Assembly: GCA_963809395.1 (NCBI GenBank)
Contig: CAWEJM010000006.1
Coordinates: 15,922-79,921, forward strand
Length of the DNA: 64,000 bases
Direction of reading: 5' to 3'
Source of the DNA: an uncultured Actinomycetes bacterium
Lineage (GTDB): Bacteria > Actinomycetota > Thermoleophilia > RBG-16-64-13
Both the position numbers and the translations under genes were made by a program. The stretch's first letter is position 1, and each line of letters begins with the position of its first letter. The notes under the pieces were generated by a model that did not search any database, was not told where the DNA came from, and saw only the letters and a list, made by a program, of their open reading frames with translations. Below, one piece after another: positions 12,699 through 28,773 of this stretch.

Positions 12699-12874
12699 GG
12701 CCGTCGGCTCGTCGCCGGCTCGCTGGCCTCGCGGCGCCGGCGGTCGCGGAGCCCCTGGCGCCGGCCCGCGGCCTCTGTGCTATCCTCCTGGCGTCGCTTC
12801 GGAGCCCGTGCTATCCTCGCTGGCGAAGAGAGCGGCTCACCAGGATTTGTCCCCATCTGACCACGGAGGAGACA

Positions 12875-13501
12875 GTGCAGCCCGACAGCTCCACGCGGCC
12901 TCTCGACAGCGCTCCCCGAGTGGCCACCATCGAGCGGGAGACGCGCGAGACCAAAGTCGCGGTCACGCTCGGCCTCGACGGCTCGGGCAAGGCGACCATC
13001 GCCACCGGTCTGGGCTTCTTCGACCACATGCTGGAACTCTTCGCCGGTCACGGCCTGTTCGACGTGCGCGTGGAGGCCGGCGGCGATCTGCACACGGGTG
13101 GGCACCACACCGTGGAAGACATCGGCATCTGTCTGGGGCTGGCGCTGGCCAAGGCTGTGGGCGACAAGAAGGGGATCAACCGTTACGGGAGCATGCTCGT
13201 TCCCATGGACGAGTCCCTGGTCCTGGTGGCTCTCGATCTGAGCGGTCGCCCCTACTTCGCCTACGAAGGCGGGCCGGTGGGGGAGAGCATCGCCGGGTTC
13301 GACGCCGAGCTTGGTGGCGGAGTTCTTCAGGGCGGTCGTCAACAACGCGAAGATGACCATGCACGTGCGCGTGCTCGCCGGGCGGCGACGCTCACCACAC
13401 CATCGAGGCGGTGTTCAAGGCATTCGGCAAGGCGCTTGCGGCAGGCCGTCTCCCCCGACCCGCGGGTCACCGGCATCCCCTCCACCAAAGGGGTCTTGTG
13501 A
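12875..13501 (+). CDS. hisB: Imidazoleglycerol-phosphate dehydratase, frame broken
   Basis: GTG at 12875 after [53 protein letters not shown]. Tail [14 protein letters not shown]. Confidence 0.85.
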   Translation: MQPDSSTRPLDSAPRVATIERETRETKVAVTLGLDGSGKATIATGLGFFDHMLELFAGHGLFDVRVEAGGDLHTGGHHTVEDIGICLGLALAKAVGDKKGINRYGSMLVPMDESLVLVALDLSGRPYFAYEGGPVGESIAGFDAELGGGVLQGGRQQREDDHARARARRAATLTTPSRRCSRHSARRLRQAVSPDPRVTGIPSTKGVL

Positions 13502-14136
13502 CCGGGTCCGCGTCTCTCTACATCGTCGACTACGGCTCCGGTAACCTGCGCTCGGTACAGAAAGCGTTCGAACACGTGGGCGTGGACGCCGTCGTGGGCT
13601 CCGACCCACGGGCGATGGCGGATGCCGCCGGTCTGGTGCTGCCCGGGAGTGGGCGCCTTCGGCGCGGCCATGGCGCAGCTGGAAGAGAAGGGCCTGGTGG
13701 ACCCGCTTCTCGAGCGGATCGAGGCCGGAGTGCCTTTCTTGGGGGTGTGCCTGGGCCTGCAATTGCTGTTCGAGAGCAGCGAGGAGGATCCAGGGGTGCG
13801 CGGGACTGGGGCTGGTGCGCGGCGACGTGCGCGCGCTCCCGCCCACGGTCAAGGTGCCCCATATCGGCTGGAACCAGGTGGAGACCTGTACCTGCTCCGA
13901 TCTCATGGACGGTATTCCGGACGGATCGGCCTTCTACTTCGTGCATGGGTACGCGGTGGTCCCGCGCTCGCCCGGGCGACGTGCTGGCCATGACCGACTA
14001 CGATGGCGTGACGTTCGTGTCGGCCGTCGAGGTCGACAACGTGGCGGCCGTGCAGTTCCACCCGGAGAAGTCGAGCACCCTGGGCCTGCGCTTCTACCGC
14101 AATTTCGCCCGGCGGGCGGGACTGGCGACGGCCTGA
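13498..14136 (+). CDS. hisH: Imidazole glycerol phosphate synthase glutaminase subunit, frame broken
   Basis: GTGA overlap with his[44 protein letters not shown]. Confidence 0.85.
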   Translation: MTGSASLYIVDYGSGNLRSVQKAFEHVGVDAVVGSDPRAMADAAGLVLPGSGRLRRGHGAAGREGPGGPASRADRGRSAFLGGVPGPAIAVREQRGGSRGARDWGWCAATCARSRPRSRCPISAGTRWRPVPAPISWTVFRTDRPSTSCMGTRWSRARPGDVLAMTDYDGVTFVSAVEVDNVAAVQFHPEKSSTLGLRFYRNFARRAGLATA

Positions 14137-14986
14137 TGCGGCTGATCCCGGCCATCGATATCCAAGGAGGCCGCTGCGTCCGTCTGCGCCGGGGCGACTT
14201 CGCCGACGAGACGGTGTTCGGCGACGATCCCGTGGCCATGGCCGAGCACTGGGTGCGCGAAGGCGCTCGCTTCCTGCATGTGGTCGACCTGGACGGGGCC
14301 CGGGAGGGGGCGCCGCGCAACTTTCCGCTGGTGCGGGCCATCGCCGAGGCGGTGTCCATCCCGGTGGAGTTCGGGGGCGGCATCCGCACCCAAGAGGCCT
14401 TGGACTTGATCGCCGGCAGCCGGGTGGCCAAGGCGGTCATCGGGACGAGCGCCGTGGAGGACGAGGCCTTCTTGGAGCGGGCCTTGGCCGTGCTGGGGCC
14501 GGACCGGATCGTGGTGGCCGTGGACGCCGAGGACGGCTTCGTCAAGACCAAGGGTTGGCAGGAGCGGAGCGACGTCCGGGTCCTGGAGCTGGTGCGCCGC
14601 CTGGAGGAGAGGGGCGTGCGCGAGATCCTCTACACCGACATCAGCCGGGACGGCATGATGCAGAGCGTGAACCTGGAGGGCATCCGGGAGCTGGCGGAGA
14701 ACAGTCGGCTGGGGATCATCGCCTCGGGCGGGCGTGACCAGCCTGGACGATCTGCGCGCGCTCTCGGCGCTCGAGCCGCTCGGTGTGACCGGCGTGATCG
14801 CCGGGCGGGCGCTGTACGAGGGGCGGTTCACCGTCGCGGAGGCGCTGGCGGTGTTGGATGCGGCGCCGCGAGCGCGGCGCCGGCACTGCCGGGGACTCCG
14901 GCGGGACGTCCGCGCCGGCCGGCTCCGGCTCTGGCCCGGGCGCCGGGCGCGGCGGCCTGCCGCCCGCGCCACAAGGTGGCGGCTGA
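14136..14986 (+). CDS. hisA: ProFAR isomerase, frame broken, with a low-complexity 3' tail
   Basis: [51 protein letters not shown]. The stop is probably the TGA at 14984-14986. Confidence 0.8.
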
Positions 14987-15786
14987 TGCTGCTCAAGCGC
15001 GTCATCCCCTGCCTGGACGTCGACAAGGGCCGGGTGGTCAAAGGCACCAACTTCGTCGACATCCGCGACGCCGGCGACCCGGTGGAGCTGGCCTCGCGCT
15101 ACGATCGCGAGGGGGCCGACGAGGTGGTCTTTCTCGACATCACCGCCTCGCACGAAAGGCGCGACACGATCGTGGAACTGGCCCGGCACTGCGCCGAGGA
15201 GCTGTTCATCCCCTTCACCATCGGGGGTGGCATCCGCAGTGAAGACGACGTGAGGGCGCTTCTCGGGGCTGGGGCAGACAAGGTCTCGCTCAACTCGGCG
15301 GCCATCCACGACCCCGATCTCATCACCGCGTGCGCGCGCCGCTTCGGGTCGCAGTGCGTGGTCATCGCCATCGACGCCAAGCGGGTGGAGACTCGCGCGG
15401 GAGCCGCGTCGGGCCTGGGCGCCGGCCTCGGGACGCCGCGCTGGGAGGCGTACCTGAACGGCGGGCGGGTCCCCACCGGGTTGGACGCGGTGGAGTGGGC
15501 GGCGCGGGCCGTCTCTCTGGGTGCCGGAGAGATCCTGCTCACCTCCATGGACAGAGACGGCACCAAGGACGGATACGATCTCGAACTCACCCGGGCCGTG
15601 GCCGAGGCCGTGAACGTGCCGGTCATCGCCAGCGGGGGCGCGGGGACGCTCGATCACCTGGTGGAGGTCATCCGCGACGGCAAAGCCGACGCGGTGCTGG
15701 CCGCCTCGATCTTCCACTACGGCGAATTCACCATCCACGAGGCGAAGGAACACATGGCCGCCGCGGGGATCCCGGTTCGGCTGTGA
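14986..15786 (+). CDS. hisF: Imidazole glycerol phosphate synthase cyclase subunit
   Basis: [47 protein letters not shown]. Intact within ORF 14734..15786. Confidence 0.9.
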   Translation: MLLKRVIPCLDVDKGRVVKGTNFVDIRDAGDPVELASRYDREGADEVVFLDITASHERRDTIVELARHCAEELFIPFTIGGGIRSEDDVRALLGAGADKVSLNSAAIHDPDLITACARRFGSQCVVIAIDAKRVETRAGAASGLGAGLGTPRWEAYLNGGRVPTGLDAVEWAARAVSLGAGEILLTSMDRDGTKDGYDLELTRAVAEAVNVPVIASGGAGTLDHLVEVIRDGKADAVLAASIFHYGEFTIHEAKEHMAAAGIPVRL

Positions 15787-15878
15787 CCGGCATCGCGGCG
15801 CGCCGGATCGCGGGCCGGGCGCCGGTCGATGCGCCGCTGCGGCTGAGGCCGGGCCGGCGGGCGTCTCACTTCAGCCTT

Positions 15879-15887
15879 TGGTAGAAT
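15879..15887 (+). promoter_or_regulatory. Extended -10 promoter candidate (TGgTAGAAT) upstream of the M23 peptidase gene
   Basis: TGGTAGAAT. The same GGTAGAATCG string occurs at the dnaE promoter candidate. No good -35. Confidence 0.3.
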
Positions 15888-17030
15888 CGGCACCTGTATG
15901 AGCACTTTCCGGACACCGGAAGCGCGAACAGAGGCGGATCGGGAGATGGATTTCTCCGTCTTTCACCGTGGCCGTGGTGCTCATCTTCCTGGTCCTTCTG
16001 CCCCTTTTCTCTCCTGCCCTTGGGTCCGTCCTTTCGGAGAAGCAGGCAGCGCTGAGCGAAGCTTCGGCCCGGCTGGGGCGTCTGCAGGATTCCCTCAACG
16101 CTTTGGCGGACAAGTACGGCAAGGCTGAGGCCCGGCTGGCTGAGATCGATGATGCCATCGCCGAGGCCGAGAACGACATCGCTCGATCGAAGAAGGATCT
16201 GGGCATCGCCCAGGCGCGATTGGCCGAACGAGTGGTCAACCTCTACAAGGACAACCATTCGTCGACTCCGCGCTATCTGGAGGTCTTGTTCGCGGAGAGT
16301 GATTTCACCAGCGTTCTGCAGCGGTTCTCTCTGCTCGGCAAGCTGGCCGATCAGGATCAGGAACTCTTCACCCAGGTGCAGAACTATCTGGAGAAGTCAC
16401 AGGCCCTCGAAGCCACGCTGGTCGAGAAGAAGACGGCGCAGGGCGCGCAGATGCAGGAGTTGAAAGCTCTCCAGGCCGAGATGGACACCAAGATGAAGTC
16501 GTCCGCCGTCGAATACCGGCGTCTGAAGAGCCAGGTGGTGGCGTTGAGAGAAGCCGCGCGCAAGGCGGCCGAGGCCGCGGCCGCGGCCAAGGCGGCCGCC
16601 GCGGCGGCCGCCGCCAATGCGGCCAAGACCAACAAGAGCGGCGGCAAGGTCCAGTCGGGGTCGTTCGTCTTCCCGGTCGACGGGCCTCACAGCTACGCCA
16701 ATACGTGGGGCGCCCCCCGTTCGGGCGGGCGCACCCACAAGGGCACCGACATCATGGCTCCCAAGGGCACGCCGGTGGTGGCGTGCGTCAGCGGGACCAT
16801 CTCCCGCACCAATCCGAGCGACACCGGACTGGGGGGCATCAGCATCTGGCTGCGGGGCAAGAACGGCACCACCTACTACTACTGCCATCTGGACGGCCTG
16901 GCCTCCGGCATCCACGCGGGAGCGTCGGTGTCCGCCGGTCAGGTGATCGGCTGGGTGGGAGACACCGGCAACGCCGCCGGCGGAGCCTACCACCTGCACT
17001 TCCAGATCCATCCGGGCGGCGGAGCGGCCG

Positions 17031-22581
<5,551 letters not shown>

Positions 22582-22688
22582 CCGCGCCGCCAGGTTTACG
22601 AAAGCCCGGGAGCGGGCAGGCCTCAAGAGACCGACGAGTTGGATCGAGGAGGCAAGCATGGGAAAAGTGGCGGACACGCAAAGAGAAC

Positions 22689-22872
22689 ATGGCCAACTGC
22701 ATCTGCGGGGATTGCCCGTCGATACCCGCAAGGCGACCTGGGTTTCTATTGCGCCAAGGGCAAGAGCTCCCAGTCGGTGCGCCGCCGGGGCTGCATCTGC
22801 GGCGACTGCAAGAATTGGGCGGAATACGGTCTCACCAAAGCCTACTACTGTGATGAAGGCGTGACCGAGTGA
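22689..22872 (+). CDS. Small Cys-rich protein, DUF2769-like, frame broken
   Basis: MANCICGDCPSIP, then GFYCAKGKS...GCICGDCKNWAEYGL..YYC (ORF 22639..22872). Confidence 0.45.
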
Positions 22873-22904
22873 GCCTCCAGCCGATGGTCCATGGGGCGTA
22901 GACG

Positions 22905-23490
22905 ATGGCCGTCACCGTGCTCGGTCTTGCAGGGCAGTGCCCGTCGCGGCGGCAACACTGAGACCCTGCTCGACTGGTGTTTGGCCGCGGCCCGCGACGA
23001 AGGGGCCGAGGTACTCAAGTTCCGGCTGTGCGATCTCGATCTGCATGGCTGCCGGGCCTGTGACGCCTGCTGGCGCGAAGGGTCCTGCGTGGTGAACGAC
23101 GACATGCAGACGCTGTATCCGCACCTGCGGGCGGCCGACTCGATCGTGTTGGCTGCTCCCGTTTATTCCATGGGCATTCCGGCGGTCCCCAAGATGATGA
23201 TCGACCGCTGTCAGCCTTTCTGGGCGCTCAAGTACGTGCTCAAGCACACCCTCACCGAACCCGGCCGCCCGGAGCGACTGGGCGCGTTCCTCAGTTGCTC
23301 GGGGACCACGTTCACGCACGTCTTCGACGGCAGCCGGCAGGTGATGCGCAACCTCTGGCACGTACTGGAGGTATCACCCGCGGGTGAGCTGCTGTGCCCG
23401 GGCGTGGACGCGAGGGGCGAGATACTGGACCAGCCCCCGGCGCGGGCGGTGGCGGAGGACATCGGCCACCGGCTGGGCCGGGAACGCTAG
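22905..23490 (+). CDS. Flavodoxin-like FMN reductase, iron-sulfur flavoprotein (Isf)-like, frame broken near the 5' end
   Basis: MAVTVLGLAG, then GSARRGGNTETLL. Compact Cys motif CRACDACWREGSC. ORF 22891..23490. Confidence 0.7.
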
Positions 23491-23507
23491 GCAGAAAGGG
23501 AGGTCAG

Positions 23508-23711
23508 GTGGGAGACGAAGTCAAGACCTGCATCAATTGCGGCAGGCCCCTTGCCGACCGGGTGGAGGAAGTGGAGCGCACCGGCACGGGGCTGAGCCGG
23601 TCCACGGGCGAGTGCAGCACCTATCGGATATGGTTCTGCGTCAACAGCGAGTGCGTGATGTTCAATACCGATCTCTACCGAGAACAGATGGCCGACCGGA
23701 CCGACCGCTGA
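23508..23711 (+). CDS. Small zinc-ribbon-like hypothetical protein
   Basis: GTG after AAAGGGAGG. CINCGRP...C...CVNSEC. Lies inside ORF 23394..23711. Confidence 0.45.
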   Translation: MGDEVKTCINCGRPLADRVEEVERTGTGLSRSTGECSTYRIWFCVNSECVMFNTDLYREQMADRTDR

Positions 23712-23783
23712 CCGTTCGCGAGCCGCGGCGAGCGACCGGCGCGATCGAGCTACAAGGCGGATTCACACGAAGAGGGGACCTAT

Positions 23784-23987
23784 ATGAACAAGCGTTTGCA
23801 GCGATCCCGGACCGAGAAGATGATCGGTGGGGTGTGCGGGGGCCTGGCGGAGTATTTCAGTGTCGACCCCACGATCGTCCGGATCCTCTGGGTGCTCATC
23901 ACCCTGCTCGGGGGCGCCGGGATCATTCTCTACGTCGTCCTCTGGGTGATCATGCCCCTAGAACGCCCGGGTCCGCCTGCGCGCTAG
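23784..23987 (+). CDS. PspC domain-containing membrane protein
   Basis: RSRTEKMIGGVCGGLAEYFSVDPTIVRILWVL followed by a TM segment. Confidence 0.7.
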   Translation: MNKRLQRSRTEKMIGGVCGGLAEYFSVDPTIVRILWVLITLLGGAGIILYVVLWVIMPLERPGPPAR

Positions 23988-24750
23988 AGCGTGGGGTGGG
24001 GCGAACCCGTAGGGAAGCTCGAGGTCGTGGGCGGCCAGCAACGCCTCGTCCAGGAGAATGTCCTCGATGGGCCCATCCGCGACGATCCGGCCCTGGGATA
24101 GGATCAGGGCGCGTTCGCACAGCTCGTAGGCCACCGGCAGGTCGTGGGTGACGATGATCTTGGTCACCGGCAGATCCTGCAGGATGTCGATGAGGTGGCG
24201 GCGGGCCTTCGGGTCAAGGTTGGACGACGGCTCGTCCAGCACCAGCACCTCGGGACGCATGGCCAGCACCGTAGCGGTGGCGATCCGCTTCTTCTGGCCG
24301 AAGGAGAGGTGGTGGGCGGAACGGTCCTCGAAACCCTCCATGCCCACGGCCGCAAGCGCCTCTTTGACCCGGGTGGCGATCTCGTCTCTGTCGAGGCCCA
24401 TGTTGGCCGGTCCGAAGGCTACGTCTTGGGCTACGCTGGTCAGGAACAGCTGGTCCTCGGGGTCCTGGAAGACCACGCCCACTCTGCGCCGGATCTCGCG
24501 CACGTTCTTGTCTTCGAGAGGCAGCCCGAGGATGCGGAGGTCGCCCGTGCCCCGGAGGATGCCGTTGAGGTGGAGAAGCAGGGTGCTCTTGCCCGCGCCG
24601 TTCGGCCCGATGATGGCCACCGATTCCCCCTGCTCGACGGTGAAGTCGACCCCTCGCAGCACCTCGGTGCCGTCCGGGTAGCTGAAGCGGAGCCCGGCCG
24701 CCTCGATGGCCGGCGGACGCCCAGAAAGCGAGGGTACCGCCCTCGATCAC
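23958..24750 (-). CDS. cbiO: ECF-type cobalt/nickel transporter ATPase; 5' end shifted, start approximate
   Basis: GPNGAGKSTLL Walker A, LSFGQKKRIATA signature, LVLDEPSSNLD Walker B. The upstream piece IEAAGLRFSYPDGTEV is in another frame. Confidence 0.8.
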
Positions 24751-24779
24751 CGTGTATGGTCCCGGAGTCACGCAGCCGC

Positions 24780-25556
24780 CTAGACTGAAGAGATCACGCG
24801 GATCACGACCACCACACCTAGAAGGGCCACCAGAAAGGCACCGTCGGCCGCGCCGAACCGGCTGCCGCCGAGCACCCGCACCGTGCCCTCGTAGCCGCGA
24901 CTGAGCATGGCCACGTAGACCCGCTCTCCCCGGCTGTAGCTGCGCAGGAACAGGGCGCTCAGCATGTGGCCCAAGGTGGGAACGTTCCAGAGCCAGCGGG
25001 CGCGGTAGTTGCGCGAGGCCATGGCCCGCTGCATGCGCCGCAGCTCCTCCACGAAGACGAAGCTGTACCGGTACATGAAGCTCACGATGAGTATGAAGAC
25101 CTTGGGAGTATGGAGGCGCTCGAAGCCGGAGACCATATCGGGGAAGGTGGTGGTCGAGCCCAGCACGATCATGCTGAGGACCCCCAGCACCGCCTTGGCC
25201 CCGGCGTTCCAGAGCACCAGCAGGCCCTCGCCGGTCACTCGCATGCCCCCCAGGCTGTATCCGCCGGCGCCCGCTCTGTGGAAGAAGGGCAGGAAGATGG
25301 CCACTACCAGCACGAAGGGTACGACGACCAAGGCGCGCTTCAGCACGTACGTGAGCGGCAGCCGGGCCAAGCCGATGAGAAAGGCCAGCACGACGGCGTA
25401 GAGAACGAACGCCCAGATGGCTCCGGCCGGCGTGGTCACCACCACCACCGTGAACCCGATGAAGCCAAGGATCTTGGCCCGGGCGTCCAGCCGGTGCACG
25501 AGACTGCCGCCGGTGCGGGCCTCGGTGAGAAGTGAAGCAGTCCCGGTGAACGCCAT
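24780..25556 (-). CDS. cbiQ: ECF transporter transmembrane (T) component
   Basis: Intact 258-aa multi-TM ORF with LDARAKI and RRMQRAMASRNY features of CbiQ. Confidence 0.85.
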   Translation of the reverse strand: MAFTGTASLLTEARTGGSLVHRLDARAKILGFIGFTVVVVTTPAGAIWAFVLYAVVLAFLIGLARLPLTYVLKRALVVVPFVLVVAIFLPFFHRAGAGGYSLGGMRVTGEGLLVLWNAGAKAVLGVLSMIVLGSTTTFPDMVSGFERLHTPKVFILIVSFMYRYSFVFVEELRRMQRAMASRNYRARWLWNVPTLGHMLSALFLRSYSRGERVYVAMLSRGYEGTVRVLGGSRFGAADGAFLVALLGVVVVIRVISSV

Positions 25557-25561
25557 CTAGA

Positions 25562-25967
25562 TCAGCAGCCATCCTGGTCGACGGGTCTCAGGATTGCCTG
25601 AGCGATCGGACGAGCCCCGGCGGAGGCGGCCGGTCCCGCCGTCTGGGAGCGGCACCGCCGCCGGCGGCCGAGCGCGCGACCCACCAGCACCACAAGGGCA
25701 AAGAGGACCACGGTGCCGAGGAGCCCGGCCACGGCGGTGGCTACCTTCTCGTTGCCGATCCCGGGCAGTCTGGTAGTCGCCCAAGGGGGAGAAACGCCAC
25801 ACGGGTTGCTCGGCCGCAGCTGTCTCGAAGCCTTTGTCCGCGGCCACTCGCTCGAGTCCGTCGGGGGAGCCGGAGGCGAAGGGCGAGACGAATACCGCCA
25901 GGGCGACGGCCACCACCAGCGCGCCGACCACGAACGACCAGAAACGAGCCCTCCCGGCAGGGCGCAT
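25562..25967 (-). CDS. PDGLE domain protein (CbiN/NikN position), frame broken
   Basis: TM segment, then GSPDGLERVAADKGFE. The C-terminal TM re-reads as LPGIGNEKVATAVAGLLGTVVLFALVVLV. Confidence 0.65.
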
Positions 25968-25969
25968 GC

Positions 25970-26645
25970 CCGGCTGGCCCGCGCGTGCGCCGCACGGTCT
26001 CAAGCGGCAGGTCGAAGCTCTTGACCAGGTCGGGCCGGGCGACCAGCACCGCCGCGACCAGAGCGGTGGCGATGATAGCCTCCCCGAGGCCGATGATCAT
26101 GTGCACCGAGACCATGGCCGGCAGCGCCACGCTCAAGGGTACCGTGCCCGAGACGGCCAGTTCCAGCGACGCGGCCGCCGACGCCAGGACGACCGATACC
26201 CAGGAGGCCACGGCAAATGAGATCAAGTAGCCGGTGAGCGTGCGGGGGAGGAGCCTTCTTGAGCAGGTAGAAGAGACCGAAACCCCACGAATACCGCGAC
26301 CACGCCCATGTTGAAGACGTTGGCGCCCAGCGCGGTGATGCCGCCGTCGGCCATGCCCAGAGCCTGAACGACGAGGACGACGGTCATGACTATCGAGGCC
26401 GCCCAGGGCCCCAGCAGAGCAACGGCAAGCATCGCCCCCAGGAAATGTCCGCTGGTGCCTCCGGCCACGGGGAAGTTGAGCATCTGAGCGGCGAAGATGA
26501 AGGCGGCGGTCACACCCAATAGCGGTATCGTGCGCTCGCCCAGGTTCTTGCTGGTCTTGCGCACCGCGTAGGCCACCACGCCCAGCGAGACCGCGCCCGT
26601 GGCCACGGCCGTGGGGACGTCTACGAAGCCGTCGGGGATGTGCAC
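25970..26645 (-). CDS. cbiM: ECF transporter substrate-capture component CbiM/NikM, frame broken; 3' end unclear
   Basis: (V)HIPDGFVDVPTAVATG, GGTSGHFLG, GMADGGITALGANVFNMG. Continues in ORF 25741..26226. AAGGAGG RBS. No stop before the PDGLE start in that frame. Confidence 0.8.
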
Positions 26646-27085
26646 TATTGGTCCTCCTTCGTGGTGCGGTCAGGGCCGTCCTGACAGTCTCTGCATCGGC
26701 CGAACACGGTCAGTTCCCGGACGGCGAAGCCGTGCTCCTGGCGGAGCAACGGGTCCAGGGTCCCGAGATCTTCGTCGTGCAGGTGGGTCACCTTGCCGCA
26801 CCGGTCGCACACCAGATGGTGGTGAGGGATCTCCTCTTCCACCTCGAAGAAACGCCGGGTCGGGCCCAGGTGCGTCTCTCTCACCAACCCGAGACCGACG
26901 AGCAGCTCGAGGGTGCGATAGACCGTGGACATGTTGACGTGGGGAAATTGCTCCTGCACCGGGCAGCAGACTTCTTCGGCGCTCATGTGAGAGCCGTGCT
27001 GGCGCAAGACGTCCCACACGAGGGTTCGCTGCGGGGTCAGCCTGTAGCCGAGGTCTTGGAGCGTGCGTGTAGCGTGATGGGTCAT
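26645..27085 (-). CDS. Fur family metalloregulator
   Basis: Intact. RLTPQRTLVWDVL, STVYRTLELL, HHHLVCDRCG...CRDC. Confidence 0.8.
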   Translation of the reverse strand: MTHHATRTLQDLGYRLTPQRTLVWDVLRQHGSHMSAEEVCCPVQEQFPHVNMSTVYRTLELLVGLGLVRETHLGPTRRFFEVEEEIPHHHLVCDRCGKVTHLHDEDLGTLDPLLRQEHGFAVRELTVFGRCRDCQDGPDRTTKEDQ

Positions 27086-27090
27086 CGCAG

Positions 27091-27107
27091 TTGCGAGTTT
27101 ATTGCAA
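27091..27107. promoter_or_regulatory. Candidate Fur-family (Nur-like) operator TTGCGA-N5-TTGCAA
   Basis: Hexamer-N5-hexamer 6 nt upstream of the fur start codon, in the fur/selD divergent region. Confidence 0.35.
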
Positions 27108-27247
27108 TAGCGATGGGCGCCGTCAACGGTCGAGCCGGCTCCGGGATAGTGGCTCCGTGGGCTGCATGTCTGCTAGTGTCGTGCCGGGCGCGGCCGACCG
27201 CCGCGCCGGGAGGAATCCGCGCGCGACCAGGAAGGAGGTGATGGTCG

Positions 27248-28367
27248 ATGGAGGAGATCCCGAGGCTGACCACCCTTTCGCACGGCTCCGGCTGAGCGTG
27301 CAAGCTGGGCCCCAAGGACTTGGGGCAGGTCATGGACATGCTGCCGCGGGTCGATGACCCCGCCCTGCTGGTGGGCGCCGACACGCTCGACGACGCGGCC
27401 GTCTACCGCCTGACCGACGAGATCGCCCTGGTGCAGACGGTGGATTTCTTCACCCCGGTGGTCGACGACCCCTACGACTTCGGCCGGATCGCGGCCGCCA
27501 ACGCCTTCTCCGACGTCTACGCCATGGGCGGGCGACCGCTGACGGCCTTGAACATCGTCTGCTTCCCGTCGGAGACGCTGCCGCTCGAGTATCTGGGCCG
27601 GATCCTTCAGGGCGGCGCGGAGACCGCCCGGCTGGCCGGAGCCACCATCGTGGGCGGCCACACCATCGACGATCCCGAGCCCAAGTACGGCCTGGCGGTC
27701 ACCGGGGTTCTCAGGCCCGGGGACGAACTGACCAACGCCGGCGGCCGTGCCCGGGGACGTGCTGGTTCTGACCAAGCCGCTCGGGACCGGCATCGTCGCC
27801 ACGGCCATCAAGCAGGGCAAGGCGTCCGAGACCGCGATCGCCGCCGCCACGGCATCGATGGCGGCCCTCAACCGGGACGGCGCCGAGGTGGCGCGCGACC
27901 ACGGCGTGCGTGCGCTCACCGACGTCACCGGCTTCGGGTTGCTCGGCCATCTGAGCGAGATGTGCCGCGCCAGTGGGGTGGCGGCCGAGGTGTGGTTCGA
28001 CCGGCTGCCTCTGCTGCCGGAGGCCGAGGCGCTGGCGCGCCAGGGCGTCGTCCCCGGGGGGACCAAGCGCAACCTGGAGTACGTCGAGGCCTGGACCAGC
28101 TTCGATCCCGCGTTGGAGCCCTGGCAGCGGCTGCTGTGCGCGGATGCGCAGACATCCGGCGGCCTTCTCTTGGCCGTGCCGGCCGAAAGTGTCCGCAGGT
28201 GCTCGCAGGAGTTGGCCGAGCGCCACACCCCGGCCGCTGCCGTGGTCGGGAGGATCCTAGGGGCCGGAGGAGCCTTGCTGAACGTGCGTGCGGCCGCCGA
28301 CGGCCGGCGGCTAGATCATGCGGGCAATCGGCGGCAGCGTCTCGGTCGAGCAGCACCGACAGGCTGA
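27248..28367 (+). CDS. selD: Selenide, water dikinase with in-frame UGA (Sec) at 27293-27295; one frame break near 27740; 3' end uncertain
   Basis: [30 protein letters not shown] is in frame with ORF 27320. DDAAVY and [33 protein letters not shown] 27747 carries [11 protein letters not shown]. Confidence 0.85.
27309..27326 (+). promoter_or_regulatory. Candidate bacterial SECIS hairpin
   Basis: GCCCCAA-GGAC-TTGGGGC: 7-bp stem and tetraloop starting 13 nt after the UGA. Confidence 0.45.
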
Positions 28368-28773
28368 CCTTCGTGCCGCCGCCGGGGGCGCGGGCGAAGC
28401 TGACCTCGTCCATGAGCGCCACCATGAGGGGCAGGCCCAGGCCCCGTTGTGGAAGCTCTCCCGAGATGGGGAGGGCGGATGGAACAGCCCGGTGTCGGTG
28501 ACGATGAAGGTGAGGCGCCGGCCTGGAGTCGAGCGCAGACCTCCAGGGGCACCGCTTCGCAGCCGGCATGCTCGACGGCGTTGGCGCAGGCTTCCGAGAC
28601 GGCCACCTTGAGATCGAACACCCGTTCCATGTCCAGAGCCGCCTCGAGAGCCACCTCTTCCACGAACCGCCGGATCTCCGCCAACTGGGCCGTCTCGGCC
28701 TTGACCCGAATGACGCGCTGGAAGTCGTGATCCCGAGCTCGATCACGTCGCCATCTCGTTCGGCCAGAGCCAT
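28311..28773 (-). CDS. RsbW-like anti-sigma factor / serine kinase (HATPase_c), frame broken; ends uncertain
   Basis: [65 protein letters not shown]. Spread over three frames. Confidence 0.55.

Noticed and set aside
12698-12875. Apparent in-frame hisD-hisB fusion (ORF 11426..13501) and hisA-hisF fusion (ORF 14734..15786).
   Set aside because: Candidate stops exist one frame over (TGA at 12696-12698 and TGA at 14984-14986). Proper RBS/start signals precede hisB (GGAGGA-GTG) and hisF (TGATG). In a block full of 1-nt indels, the continuity is most likely an artefact.
14870-14986. GC-rich ~110-nt low-complexity segment between the hisA core and hisF, considered as a possible separate element.
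   Set aside because: It has no repeat structure or motif. It reads as a Gly/Pro/Ala/Arg-rich C-terminal tail of HisA in one frame, so there is not enough evidence for anything else.
15888-15967. ydaO/cyclic-di-AMP-type riboswitch in the leader of the M23 peptidase gene.
   Set aside because: I found only a simple TTCCGG-ACA-CCGGAA hairpin. None of the conserved ydaO core strings could be recognised.
26646-27240. Cobalamin riboswitch upstream of cbiM.
   Set aside because: The cbiM start is abutted by the stop codon of the Fur-family gene, which leaves no leader. The fur upstream region shows no B12-box-like sequence.
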